DNA of 64,000 nt, taken from assembly GCA_026770705.1 (NCBI GenBank), contig JANJGN010000242.1:310001-374000 (forward strand), given 5' to 3'. The notes beneath the pieces were generated by a model that did not search any database, had not been told where the DNA came from, and was given only the letters and a program-made list of their open reading frames with translations. This document shows, piece by piece, positions 51,155 through 62,585 of this stretch. Within the stretch, counting starts at the first letter, position 1. Each line of letters opens with the position of its first letter. Origin of the DNA: Isurus oxyrinchus (lineage: Eukaryota). The position numbers and the translations under genes were made by a program.

Positions 51155-53150
51155 TTTGTCCCCTTAGTCTGTTATTCTACTGTCCTGGAATCATCTGTCA
51201 GATTAGAAATAGAGATCACCTCCCCACTGCGCTGCTGATCCAACCAATGTCAAACAGGGGAAAGCGGCAACAATCTCTCCAGTAAAACAGGACAGGCAAC
51301 GCAGGTCGGAGCAAGAACAACAAATGGAAGCTGTGGGCGTGGTTACCGCAGGCAGTGTTGTCACACTTAGGATTTATCTACAAGGAACTGACTGAATAAT
51401 AATCACGCCTTCGAAAAGTATACAACTTTGCTTCTCTCTCAGAACTTAGTTTATACTTCATTCCATATCCCGGGCCACATGCATAACAACCAAATTGCCA
51501 GAGTTAGTATGTCATTCAGTGTTAAGCGAAAGCTTCATCAGTAATGTAGTTTGAAAGCAGACCGAATACATGAGCAACTGGATTGGACTGGTCCTGAATG
51601 AATGTAAAAGGCAGTCGATAAAACCTGAAATGTTTATATTAAATACGGAAAAAGGAAATGTGTGCAATTTTCAGAAAAGACTGAAGACATGAATGGTCAG
51701 GAAACCTCACGAAGAGAAAGGCGTCGAAAACTCTACAGTGCGAGAAATCCTCTGTCGGAGCAGAAATACAGATCCCCATCCCACTGCACGACTGATCCAG
51801 CCAGTGACAGGAACGGACCAGCAGCAGCAATCTCTCCAATAACACAATAGGGTCAGAGTGGCAGCAGAAAACGGGAGCTGTGGGGAGGAATATGCAGGAG
51901 GAACGAATAGAGCCGAAAATAGGGTCGAATCTTCAGAAGACTCTGACCATCTTCCGCCTGCTCACGGTTCAAGTGTCTGAGCAAAAATAGAGTGGGAGGA
52001 GAATGATTCCTGTTCAACCACGTGACGCAGTGACATTGGAGCCGCAACCACCATTGTTCATAGCTCCAGAGTAACGTTGCCACTTCAAATTGATGCTCTA
52101 AGGGGGCTCAGTAAGCTGGACGGCAGAGGGGGAGCTGTCGCCTTGGATGTGGAAGATGTCATGAGGCCGGACCTGCTTTCTGCTAGAGAACTGAAGAAGT
52201 GTATTTACGAAGGATAATCCCAGCTTCTCTGTTCTATCTACATAAAAGTCCTTCATCCACTCTGATACCACTCCGATGTACCGCCTTCACAGTTTCCCCA
52301 AAGTTTTGTATTTTTTTTAATTCAACCAATGTCAAACAGGGGAAAGCGTCGACAATCTCTCCAATAAAATAGGACAGGCAAGGCAGCACGGAGCGAGAAC
52401 AACAAATGAAAGCTGTGGGCGTGGCTACCGCAGGATTGGACAATAGAATGTGGGCGTCTCTGGCAAAGCCAGCATCAGTTACCCATCCAGAGACCAGTTG
52501 AAACCCACATTGCTGTTGGTCTGCAGTTGGCCAAGCAAGGCAAGGAGCCAGATTTTGTTCCTTAAAAGCGTTAGTGAACCAGATGGGTCTTTATGAAAAT
52601 CGATGATAGTTTCATGATCACCATTACCGAGATTAGTTTTATATTCTAGATTTATTAATTGAAATTAAGTTCCACCAGCTGCCATAGTAGAATTTGAACT
52701 CTTGCCCCCCAAAGCATTGGCCTGGATTCTGGATCACTAGTCCCGTGATATTGCCAACACTCCACCCTCTCCCCACATTTGGTATCTATTTGTGGAATTG
52801 ACATCGAAAATAATACTGACAACGACTGATTAGGTCCAAATTACATTTCTGTGAGAGATTGTCTGACATTCGTCCTTTAATATGTAAATAAATAAGTCCT
52901 AAATCCTGTCATTGACTCCATTCTAAACGGGACTGAACTGAATTCACAAGCAGAGGGCGCTAAGGGCATCACCAAGTCACGTGAGACCAAAGCCAAAGCC
53001 AACAGGGATGGCAGCCTGAGTGAGGTCACAATGTGCCTGTCCCCCTGTAGCGTCTAGGTGAAACAATGAGCTGAACAGAGCCCGGGTTCCCTCTCCTTCT
53101 CAATCTCTAGATTGCTCCATTTACATTCACTCAGAGAGGTTCAGTCAGAC

Positions 53151-53694
53151 ACGTTTCTGATAACACTGGAGGTTGTCTTGGACTGCCAATCCTGGAATAT
53201 ATTCATCAAGACAAGTTCGCAGATTGAGGCAACCGCAGCTTGTACAAGAACATAATGCTGTTAGCGATCCGACATTATGGGCAGGTTTGTAAGTGGGAAT
53301 TCACACAATCTCATACAGATAGACACAGGTTTAACTAGATCCTGTTTAACTTCCTACATTTTGTTCCTCCAATTTCACAGGCGGACTATGTGCAGATCCA
53401 GTAATAGTCTCCGGTGACAATACCCGTGTCAGGAGGGAGTTTGCTGAAGTTAGATTGGGAATATAAAACCCTGGATAAATGCATCATGCAATTGTATTGG
53501 CAGAAAAGCCTCCACAAGCTGGATCGTTAGCAAAGCAACAGCACTGAAAGGATTGGAAATCTCACGACGATATCTGGCTGCTGATGCCAAGTCTAAACAG
53601 CCCGGGTCCCTCAATATAAGCAGCCAGGGTGGAGGCCTGTTACTGTGCAGTGAGGCACAGCGTCGGACAAAATCCAGGGCCCTGCACGAAAACT
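53151..53694 (+). pseudogene. TCR V pseudogene (family of 25341)
   Basis: ATG>ACG, donor lost, frameshifts. YCAVR then CACAGCG(53656-62)-23-ACGAAAACT. Confidence 0.85.
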
Positions 53695-56354
53695 TCAGCG
53701 AGTGTTCACATCTCCATTAAGTTCTCTGTGACGGTTTTATTGGCGGGCGATCTTGACCTCAAGCCAACGGAGAATAAAGACTGGAGGTATGTTTAACAAA
53801 CAGTTTTATTGTTGTTTTTTCCCTTGTCCAGATCAACAGGGAATCGATATGGGAAACCTTGAACATTATCTTCATGTCCAGAGCTCTATCTCCTTAGTAA
53901 ATGTCTTCAGCTTCATTCCGAATATTGGTATGTGAACAGAGGTAGAGAAAGTACTTGGATAAACAGTAACTAAAGCTTAATATTACAGGCTGTTCTTCCA
54001 GACAGTTAGCTCAGACGGACCGGAGGACATTCTTCGCCATTCGTTCCTCTAACAAAATGCAGAATTTGTCCAAGCCTAGGACTGGATATTACATTTGAAA
54101 TATGCAACGATTATGTAAACATAGACTCGCCGTATAACACGAACATTGTTACCAGAAAGGAACGTGGAGAGTATCTGATTTCGATTTCGATAGAAAATAA
54201 CTGAACTTCGAAAGTTTGCTGATACTTTTGCCCTGATATTAAAGAGTGATCACGGATCAGGGACAGGAGTCAATTTTTGAGATACCGAGGGAGACTGTTA
54301 ATAAACACCCAGCTCTCTGATAACGGCACAGGAGACAAACGGTCATAAGAGAAAATATAAGAGGCTTCGCGTTTACCAGTCGCTGACAATTTATAACATT
54401 ACAATCTGAATCGGTCACCGATCCAGACGGATTTCCAGGCAAATGCTCCGGCTTGAATTTCAGAATCAATATCCCGAAATATGAAGCATTCAATTGGGAC
54501 TTTTACCCTTATATTTCCACGGGGCTGTTCTGACTTACGAAGCCTAGGTTGGATAATAACGCTTGTTTTGCATATTTAGCTTGCATTTACAGGGACCTGT
54601 GGTGAGGATAGGATATTCCTAACCGAGCAGGGGACGGCGTTGGTGTTAGCACTCCCGACAGCAAGATTTATAATCTCTGCCTAACAGGGCAGAGCAACCG
54701 AGGAGAGCGGACTGTTCGGAAAGTGTCTTGACAGAAAAAGATTACAGCTCTATTTGCGGGTAGAAAATGGTGGCTTCAGACACCGGGGTGTATGACTACG
54801 GGAAGATGCACATTGTGGGCAACGATTACCAATCCTGTGGAACAACTCTCATTCTTCTCAATCATCGAGTTAATTACTTTCATCCTCACCACCTCGAGTA
54901 ACTCTTTGCCAGTGCAACAAATTAGAATTTTAGTATTGACTTATAGTGTCATCTGACAAAGATCTGAAAGGCTAATGGTTTCGATACTGTGGGTAGACAC
55001 ATTTGTTGGAACCCGATAGGATCTAGGATTACCCAGCAACCGCGATTTCACTGGGAAACATCAAACATAATGGGTAATTGTGGTAAAGGCAGTAAAGGTG
55101 TGTGCGTGTGTATGTGTGTCTGTGTGTATTTTACAGTGCCCAGCAGAGGGTAGATTGGTATTGTGTGTGGGAAAACCAGAGGTGAATTGTCGATTGATAT
55201 ATTTCTGCTGTTTAACTGTGTAACCTTGGAAATTAGCACCAGCTTCCTTGTTATGTAATGGCCTAGTGAGCCTGGTGAGTATGGAAAATGATACGTTAAC
55301 CGATATCTCAAGGAACAGCTGCTCCTATTAAATATTTCACCAGTTATCTCCGACGTTAAGTTTAAAGATCTGAAGTGTACGTGAGGAAGTTAAAATCTGA
55401 TTGCCCAGCAGTTAATTTTGTGTCATTGCAGTGAATGAAGTCAGTTAAAAACAATCTCTTTCTGTGAACCATTTTATGTTTTGTGTGAGATCACCAGATT
55501 TAATATTTCAAATCAAGAATGAAACAAAGCTTGATATCCGCAGAAGAAAGTAAATGGTTTCTGTTTGACTTTTACTCCTTCATCGATCTCCTTTAACAGC
55601 ACCCTGAAAGGCTTCAGAATGGTATCTCCAAGAGGTATCGCAGGAACTCACCAAGTCTCCTTCGACAGCACCTTCCAAACACCCGGCCATTACATCTAGA
55701 AGGAAAAGGGCAGCAGAAGGATGGGAGCATCACCACCTGGAAATTACCTTCCAAGTCATTCACCGTTCTGACTTGGAAATATATCGCCATTCCTTCACTA
55801 TCCCTGGGTCAAAATCCTAGGTCTCCGTCCCTGGCAGCACCGTGGGTGTACACTGCTCCAATGAAAACATCAAATTGATGAATGAGTCTCTAGTAGCGAT
55901 ATGAGGGAAATTTCTCTCGCAATTTCTGAAACTTAATGAAAAAAGTCAGCAACATATTTTGTGACCACCTAATGTGGCTATTTGAAAGGATATGCATGTT
56001 TGTGCTTGTGCTTTCCCTGCATGTACCTGTGCGGTGTTCTGATGTTTTCCTGTGGAGACCGCTCGCTGATCACCTGACAGCGGTCATGTTCCTCAGCGAC
56101 AGGAAGAGTTTTTCTTATTCATTCATGGGATGTGGGCTTCGTTGGCTGTGCCAGTATTTATTGCCCATTCCTTATAGCCCTTGAGAAGGTGGTCATGAGC
56201 TGCCTTCTTGAATAGCTGCTGCCCATGTGGCGGAGGTACACTCACAGTGCTGTTGGGGAGGGAATTCCTGTAATTTGACCCAGCGAAAGTGCAGGAACAG
56301 CCGTAATATCTCCAAGTCAGGTTGCTGTGTGGCTTGGAGGAGACCTTCCAGGAT

Positions 56355-56642
56355 ATGTGTGTTTGTGTGATTAAGACAGTGTCCAGCAGAGGATAGATTG
56401 CTAAAGGTGTTTGTGTCTGTGTGTTTGTGTATGTGCGTGTGTGTTTGTGTGTGTGTGTGATTATGACAATATCCAACAGAGCATTATTTGCTAAAGCTGT
56501 TTCCGTGTGTGTGATCCCCGCACTGCCCAGCAGAGGGTAGATTACTTAAGGTGTGCGCATGTGTTTGTGTGTGATTCCGGCAGTACCCAGCAGAGGATAT
56601 ATTGTTTAAGGTCTTCGTGTCTGTTTGCCTGTGTGTGTGTGT

Positions 56643-56684
<42 letters not shown>

Positions 56685-57320
56685 CTGTGTGTGTTTGTAC
56701 GTGTGCATATGTGTGTGATCATGATAGTGGCCAACAGAGGGTTATTTGCTACATCTGTTTCCGTGTGTGTGTGATTCCGGCAGTGCCCAGCAGAGGGGAG
56801 ATAGTTAAAGGCATGTGTCTGTGTTTGCCTGTGTGTATGTGTGTGTGTGTGTGCGTGTGTGTGCGTGTTTGTATGTATGCGTATGTGTGTGATTATGACA
56901 GTGTCTAACAGCGGGTAAATTGCCAAAGGTGTGCTGTGTGTGTGTTTGTGTGTGTGCATGTGTGTTTGTGTGTGTGTGATTATGACACTATCCAATAGAG
57001 CGTTATTTGCTAAAGCTGTTTCCGTGTGTCTGATCCCCGCACTGCCCAGCAGAGGGTAGATTATTTAAAGTGTGCGCATGCGTTTGTGTGTGATTCCGGC
57101 AGTGCCCAGCAGAGGGTAGATTGTTGAAGGTCTGCGTGTGTGTTTGCTTGTGTGTGTGTGTGTGTGTGTCTGTGTGTCTGTGTGTGTTTGTACGTGTGCA
57201 TATGTGTGTGATTATGACAGTGTCCAACAGAGGGTTATTTGCTAAAGCTGTTTCCGTGTGTGTGTGATTACGGCAGTGCCCAGCAGAGGGGAGGTAGTTA
57301 AAGGCCTGTGTCTGTGTTTG

Positions 57321-57358
<38 letters not shown>

Positions 57359-58133
57359 TAGGTATGCGTATGTGTGTGATTATGACAGTGTCTAGCAGAA
57401 GGTAAGTTGCCAAAGGTGCGTTTCTGGGTGTGATTATGGCAGTGTCTAGCAGAGTGCAGATTACTAAAGGTGTGCTGTGAGTGTGTTTGTGTGTGTGCGT
57501 GTGTGCTTGTGTGTGTGTGATTATGACAGTATCCAACAGAAGGTTATTTGCTAAAGCTGTTTCCATGTGTGTGTGATCCCCGCTCTGCCCAGCAGAGGGT
57601 AGATTACTTCAGGTGTGCACATGTGTTTGTGTGTGATTCTGGCAGTGCCCAGCAGAGGGTAGATTGTTTAAGATCTGCGTGTGTGTTTGCCTCTGTGTAT
57701 ATGTGTTTGTGTGTGTGTTTATATGTATGCGTATATGTGAAATTATGACACTGTCTACCAGAGGGTACATTGCCAAAGTTGAGTGTGTGTGTGTGTGTGT
57801 GATCATGACAGTGTCTAGCAGAGTGTAGACTACAAAAAGTGTATTATTTGAGTGTGTGTGTGTGTTTATATGTATGTGTGATTATGGCAACGTCCAGTAG
57901 AGGGTAGGNNNNNNNNNNNNNNNNNNNNNNNNNNNNNNNNNNNNNNNNNNNNNNNNNNNNNNNNNNNNNNNNNNNNNNNNNNNNNNNNNNNNNNNNNNNN
58001 NNNNNNNNNNNNNNNNNNNNNNNNNNNNNNNNNNNNNNNNNNNNNNNNNNNNNNNNNNNNNNNNNNNNNNNNNNNNNNNNNNNNAAGGTAGGTTGTTAAA
58101 GGTGTGTGTGCGTGTATGTGTGTATGTGTGTGT

Positions 58134-58173
<40 letters not shown>

Positions 58174-58205
58174 TAGTATCACTGCATGTGTGTGATTCCG
58201 TATCT
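56355..58205. repeat. (TG)n-interspersed satellite with higher-order period of ~520-540 bp
   Basis: Monomer gtgatt(a/c)(t/c)g(a/g)cagtg(t/c)ccagcagagggtagatt + (TG)n. ttatttgctaaagctgtttcc recurs at ~56484, 57003 and 57545. Contains a gap. Confidence 0.9.
57909..58084. other. Assembly gap (N run)
   Basis: Run of N. Confidence 1.
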
Positions 58206-58664
58206 GTCCAGCACAGCAACAAACGGCGATGTCGAATTCAAGCACCTCATCAATATTAAGGAAATTGTTTCATTTTCTTCATGTGAAACAACAGATGCTT
58301 CAACTGCGAAACGTGGAAACATGTAGACCATCACCGAGCTTCAATACTCAGATTTTCCAAGCAATAGTGGAGGTGGTAAAATAGAATTGTCGGAGGTTTG
58401 TGAGTAAACCACAGTGCAGTGATATCCAGGGTAATTCACAACCCCTTCATTCTGAAAGATGATCAGAACCTGAATCTTCGCCATTTCTTCCTGAAAGGCA
58501 AACGTAGAATAATTCGAACGACAGGGCGTAATCCTGGAAGACACGCTGACTCTCCAAACCTGGATTCCCTGTGCAAGTTGAGTTCTCTAAATAATTTGGA
58601 AATGAAAGTCTAATGATCATCATGGATCCAATGTCGATTGTCATTAATAAGCCCTTGTGGATCA

Positions 58665-59500
58665 CTAATGTGCTTTGTAGGGGGAAGTCTGCCGTGCTTA
58701 CTTGGATTGGCCTACATGTGACACCAAGCCCACATCAATGCGGTTGACTCTTAAATGCCCTTGAGAAAGGGCAATTGGAGCAGGGCAATAAATGCTGACC
58801 CAATCGGAGACACCTACATCCCATCAAGTAATAAAAGCAGATGTTTAGAAGATCCATTTTCTACCAGTCTCTCGCTACGAAGACCTTCCACGTGCAGTGC
58901 CCAATTATCAGTAGGCGTGGAAATCGATAACAGATAAGCACCACAGCTCAGGGACAAGTTAAACATATGAGGGGTTCCATTCAAAACGCACACGAAAAGT
59001 TCAGAAGCACAAATGCTTCAAATCTGAAATAAAAGAACAGAAAATTTTGGCAAAATAAAGGTTAACTGGATAGGATGCCTGTCAGTGTGCTTTAGGGAGG
59101 GAAACCCGCCCCTACCTGTTCCGGCCTACATTAGACTCCAGGCCCACATTAATGCGGCTGAAACTTAAATGCACTTGAACAAGATCAATTAGAGCAGGAC
59201 AATAAATGCTGACCAACCAGCGAGGCCCACATCCCATGAACGAATAAAACAAATGCTTAAAACATCCATTTTTTTCTCAGTCTCTCGATGTTTTTTCCCT
59301 GTGCAGTGGCCAATGAACAGGAGGCTTTAGAATCGATAAAAGATTATCAGCACATCTCAGAGGCAAGTTAAACACAGCAGGGGTTCCATTCAAATCCCAA
59401 ACGATGCAATAATCGAAATTCCGAAAACCAGAAATGCTGGAAATCTGAAAAAAAAGAACAGGAAATTCTGAAAAAGTAACGTTTGCTGGGTAGGATGCCT
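58665..59500 (+). repeat. ~420-bp tandem duplication beginning in an HE1-like SINE
   Basis: 58665-59082 is similar to 59083-59503 (ggcctaca..cccacat..aatgcggttga; ggggttccattcaaa; taggatgcct). Confidence 0.8.
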
Positions 59501-60232
59501 CTCAATGGAGAGAGAATCAGATCGGTGAAATTTTATCACAACTGGAAATGCTGGAAGATAAATAAATTTTGGTCAATGGTTTGGTGGGACAAGGGGTGTT
59601 TCACTGTATGGGGACCTGTTAATCTTTGCAGTTAGTGCGGTGTTCATGGCGCAAGAGGACTCCAGTGTTGGCGGAGCGGTGTTCCCAGGAATGTTTAAAG
59701 CAATCCTTGTGATTTCCTTTTGCAAAACAGCAGACACCTTGTCCGGGGTCACAGGAATAAAGCAAAAATCTCCGGAATATTGGGATAAGAGCGGGGCACG
59801 GGGAATCCCCTTGTTGCCCATTAGAACTTTAAAAAACACCACCCAATAAAAACACGTGCATCAACCTCCTAGTTCATATCTGTGAGGAAGGGAAGGGGGC
59901 AGCACAACTGGCAGAAAACAAAGCTCCTTTCCCTCACGCCTCGCCATCAGGGTATTGTGGGAGGGGCTTTCATATCCGAATCACATTCCAAATAGAGAGT
60001 CAGAAAATTGCAGCCTCCTTTTATAAACCTGTCTCTTATTCACACAACACTTAGCCTGCGACCCGGAAACCGTGCGGCCCATCAATAATCTCAGCAGAAC
60101 TGGCCTTTGCAAATCAACTCGATCCCCGTAAAGTATTTCAGTCCAGCTCTGAGGTCCGGTCTCCCAGTGCAGTCCAGGGCTGCAGTCTCCAACTCCCCGT
60201 CATATAGACCCCCGGCTCCAGGCAGCAGAACA

Positions 60233-60717
60233 ATGTGACCGCTCCTTGTTTTCACATTGTGCGTCTGTTTACCCCATGAGTACCGATCAAACAAACCGAC
60301 ATTGTGTGGATTGAATATAAAGCTGCCCGAGACCATCCCAATTACGGACACTTTCCCGAGTTTTAGCCCCGTTCTGTGGTTCGGCTCTGATGGTTCATCA
60401 AACTCTCTCTCTTTAATTTCTAGGATCTTTCAGTCAGCCAGTGATACAGACCCCGGCAGCGGTGACCAGGAAGGAGTGTCAGTCTCTCACCATCACCTGT
60501 GCTTTCTCCCCTTCTTTGTGGCATTATTTCCAAACGGGACATTTCTTCAAACAAACCCAGACTGGGACAGAGCGGGAGCGGATCTCCAGCGGGGATAGAT
60601 TTGTTGTGTCGGTGAATGAATTAAAAAGTACATTTTCGCTGGAGATCCGGGATGTGAGTGTTGCAGACACCACCACCGATTACTATAAAGATCAGTACTG
60701 ATACTACAGGGGGCAGT
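60233..60717 (+). pseudogene. NAR-TCR-like (IgNAR-type) V pseudogene (leader 60233-60275, V exon 60424-60717)
   Basis: VIQTPAAVTRKECQSLTITC..ERISSGDRFVVSVNELKSTFSLEIRDVSVAD resembles VNAR (short CDR2 region), with an extra FR1 Cys at 60477-79. Lesions: ATG-TGA, donor GT>AT, second Cys to TAT, and TGA at 60699. Confidence 0.85.
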
Positions 60718-60745
60718 CACAGTGGGAGAAACCCGAGCAAGTACC
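60718..60745 (+). other. 12-bp-spacer RSS of the NAR-like V
   Basis: CACAGTG-ggagaaacccga-GCAAGTACC. Confidence 0.75.
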
Positions 60746-61060
60746 TCTGGACGTTCAGAATATTAATTCTCCGTTTCCGGATAGTGACTTGTCGGGTTGA
60801 TGTTAATATCGCTGCAATTTGGATATATTTCATTGTAATTTCCACCATTCAGTTCCCTTTCTTTGATATTTTTCTAGGTTTATATGAAGCGAACATCTGG
60901 TTCTCGGGACCAATTACTCAGCGCTCAGGGCCTCACAAAGAACAGTTTCAACCGACAGAGACTTTGAAACATTGAATATTGTTTATTTATTTACGTCCGC
61001 TGAATTATTGAGCAGTTTCTACTGTCTGATGATGATTTCCCGGCAAGTTGAGGTGTCGGT

Positions 61061-61099
61061 CGTTGTTATACCGGGGACACTGAGAGAGATGTCAGCGTG
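61061..61099 (-). other. Degenerate 23-bp-spacer RSS 5' of the J
   Basis: CGTTGTTAT-23-CAGCGTG (CAC is intact on the minus strand). Confidence 0.55.
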
Positions 61100-61152
61100 G
61101 TAATGTACTGATTAAGCGGATGGTTCCGGCACGGTGGTGACTGTCAGTGCCG
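61100..61152 (+). pseudogene. NAR-type J segment (CTD*ADGSGTVVTVSA|gtaagt)
   Basis: DGxGT-x-VTV motif as in IgNAR J; perfect phase-1 donor GTAAGT at 61153; in-frame TAA at 61113-15. Confidence 0.85.
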
Positions 61153-62049
61153 GTAAGTGACTCCAAATCCCGCCGCGTTACAGCCTGTCCCGGGTCATAT
61201 TCACCCTCAGTTTCTTGCTGATATTAGTGTGGTTTGAGTGGGATGTGGGAGCTGACGGAATCTGGACCATTATTCATTTAACGGGCACATCGGCGACAAC
61301 ATTAACATCCCGGACTCGCACACTCTGAAACTCTTTTAATGAGCACAGGTTGTCGACAATCCGGACTCCACTCCCGGTGTTAACTGTGACCGACGGAGCT
61401 CTGTTTGTCCTATGGAGCCGGGAGAGGGATCACAGTGATCTCTCCTGGGCAGCAGATTGCAGTCCGAGCCGCGCAATGTGAGTGAGGTACCGGGTGAATA
61501 AACTCAACACAACTGCGGCCAGTTCGGATACCTGCAGCTTCACTCTATCAATACCTGACCCGGGAGAAAAACAGGAACGTTACACAAGGGACTTCATATA
61601 TAAGAGACCCTGATGTGGGTCCAGATGGAATTTTATTATTAGGTAATCAGTGACTGGAATTACTGACATTGTCCTCGCCATATGTTTCAAATGTCTTCAT
61701 GTAACCAATCACTTTCCCCCTTTCTGCTCCCATGCCGAAATATGAAGGTTTGGAACTGCAGACACTTCTCTATATTGAATGTAGATGTTTGAGGGATGGG
61801 TTTGCGGTATTTTACCTGTATCCTTGATTACTGTGAATTGAAACAGCACAGTGCAGGGAGTGAGTAAGGATGATGCATTCATCTTATGAAGGGGAACAGG
61901 GGCATAAGGAAACAATTATAAACTGGGAGAATGTTTATTTAGTGCCAGCAAGAAATAATTCGTCGAAAGAGAGAGAATGATTGGATGATCTCTGGCTCAT
62001 TAAAAGTACAATTCGAGCCCAGGTTGCTGGGTGAGGTCTATGGAGCAAA

Positions 62050-62585
62050 GTACTGTAATAGGCTCCAATCTGGGATGCTGTGTAAAGTTTTGGTCTCCTT
62101 ACTTGAGGAAGGATCTACTTCCTTTGCTGGGAGTGCAACAAATGTTCATCAGACTGATTCCTGAGATAAAGAGATTGTCTTATAAGAAGAGATTGAGTAA
62201 TCTGGGCCTATCTTCCCTAGGGTTTAGAGGAATGAGATGTAATGAGATGTAATTTCATTAGAACATCTAACACCCAGGACAGGATAGATTCCGGATGGGT
62301 GTTTCCCCGGGCTGGTAGGCCTATAACTACGGCTCACAGTTTCAGAATAAGGATTCGGTCATTCGAAGTGAGAAAAAGAGACATTTCTTCAGTCAAGCTA
62401 TTGTTGTGAATCTCTGACATTTTCTAGCTCAGAGAGTGGTTGCGTGTATTAAATGAAGTTTTCAATGGATTTCGGGATGCAAAAGGAATCAAGGGGACAT
62501 TGCGGCGGGAGATGGGAGATGAGTCGGGATATTATTGAATGACGGACCAGGTTTGAAAGGTGACATGGGCGCCCCTTCTTCTGTT
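62050..62585 (+). mobile_element. CR1 3' fragment
   Basis: CVKFWSPYLRKD..VQQMFIRLIP..LSYKKRLSNLGL is the CR1 ORF2 C-terminus. Confidence 0.8.

Noticed and set aside
54255-54545. Possible extremely decayed minus-strand V (VSQNSP...QLNASY...SCAVIR)
   Set aside because: No WYxQ, first Cys or heptamer; too weak without an HMM search.
61046-61084. Alternative J RSS AGTTGAGGT-23-CACTGAG
   Set aside because: Lacks the essential CAC on the minus strand and gives an over-long J; 61061-61099 fits better.
61431-61853. Isolated CACAGTG heptamers at 61431 and 61847 as possible D or V RSS
   Set aside because: No nonamer at 12 or 23 bp, and no coding segment.
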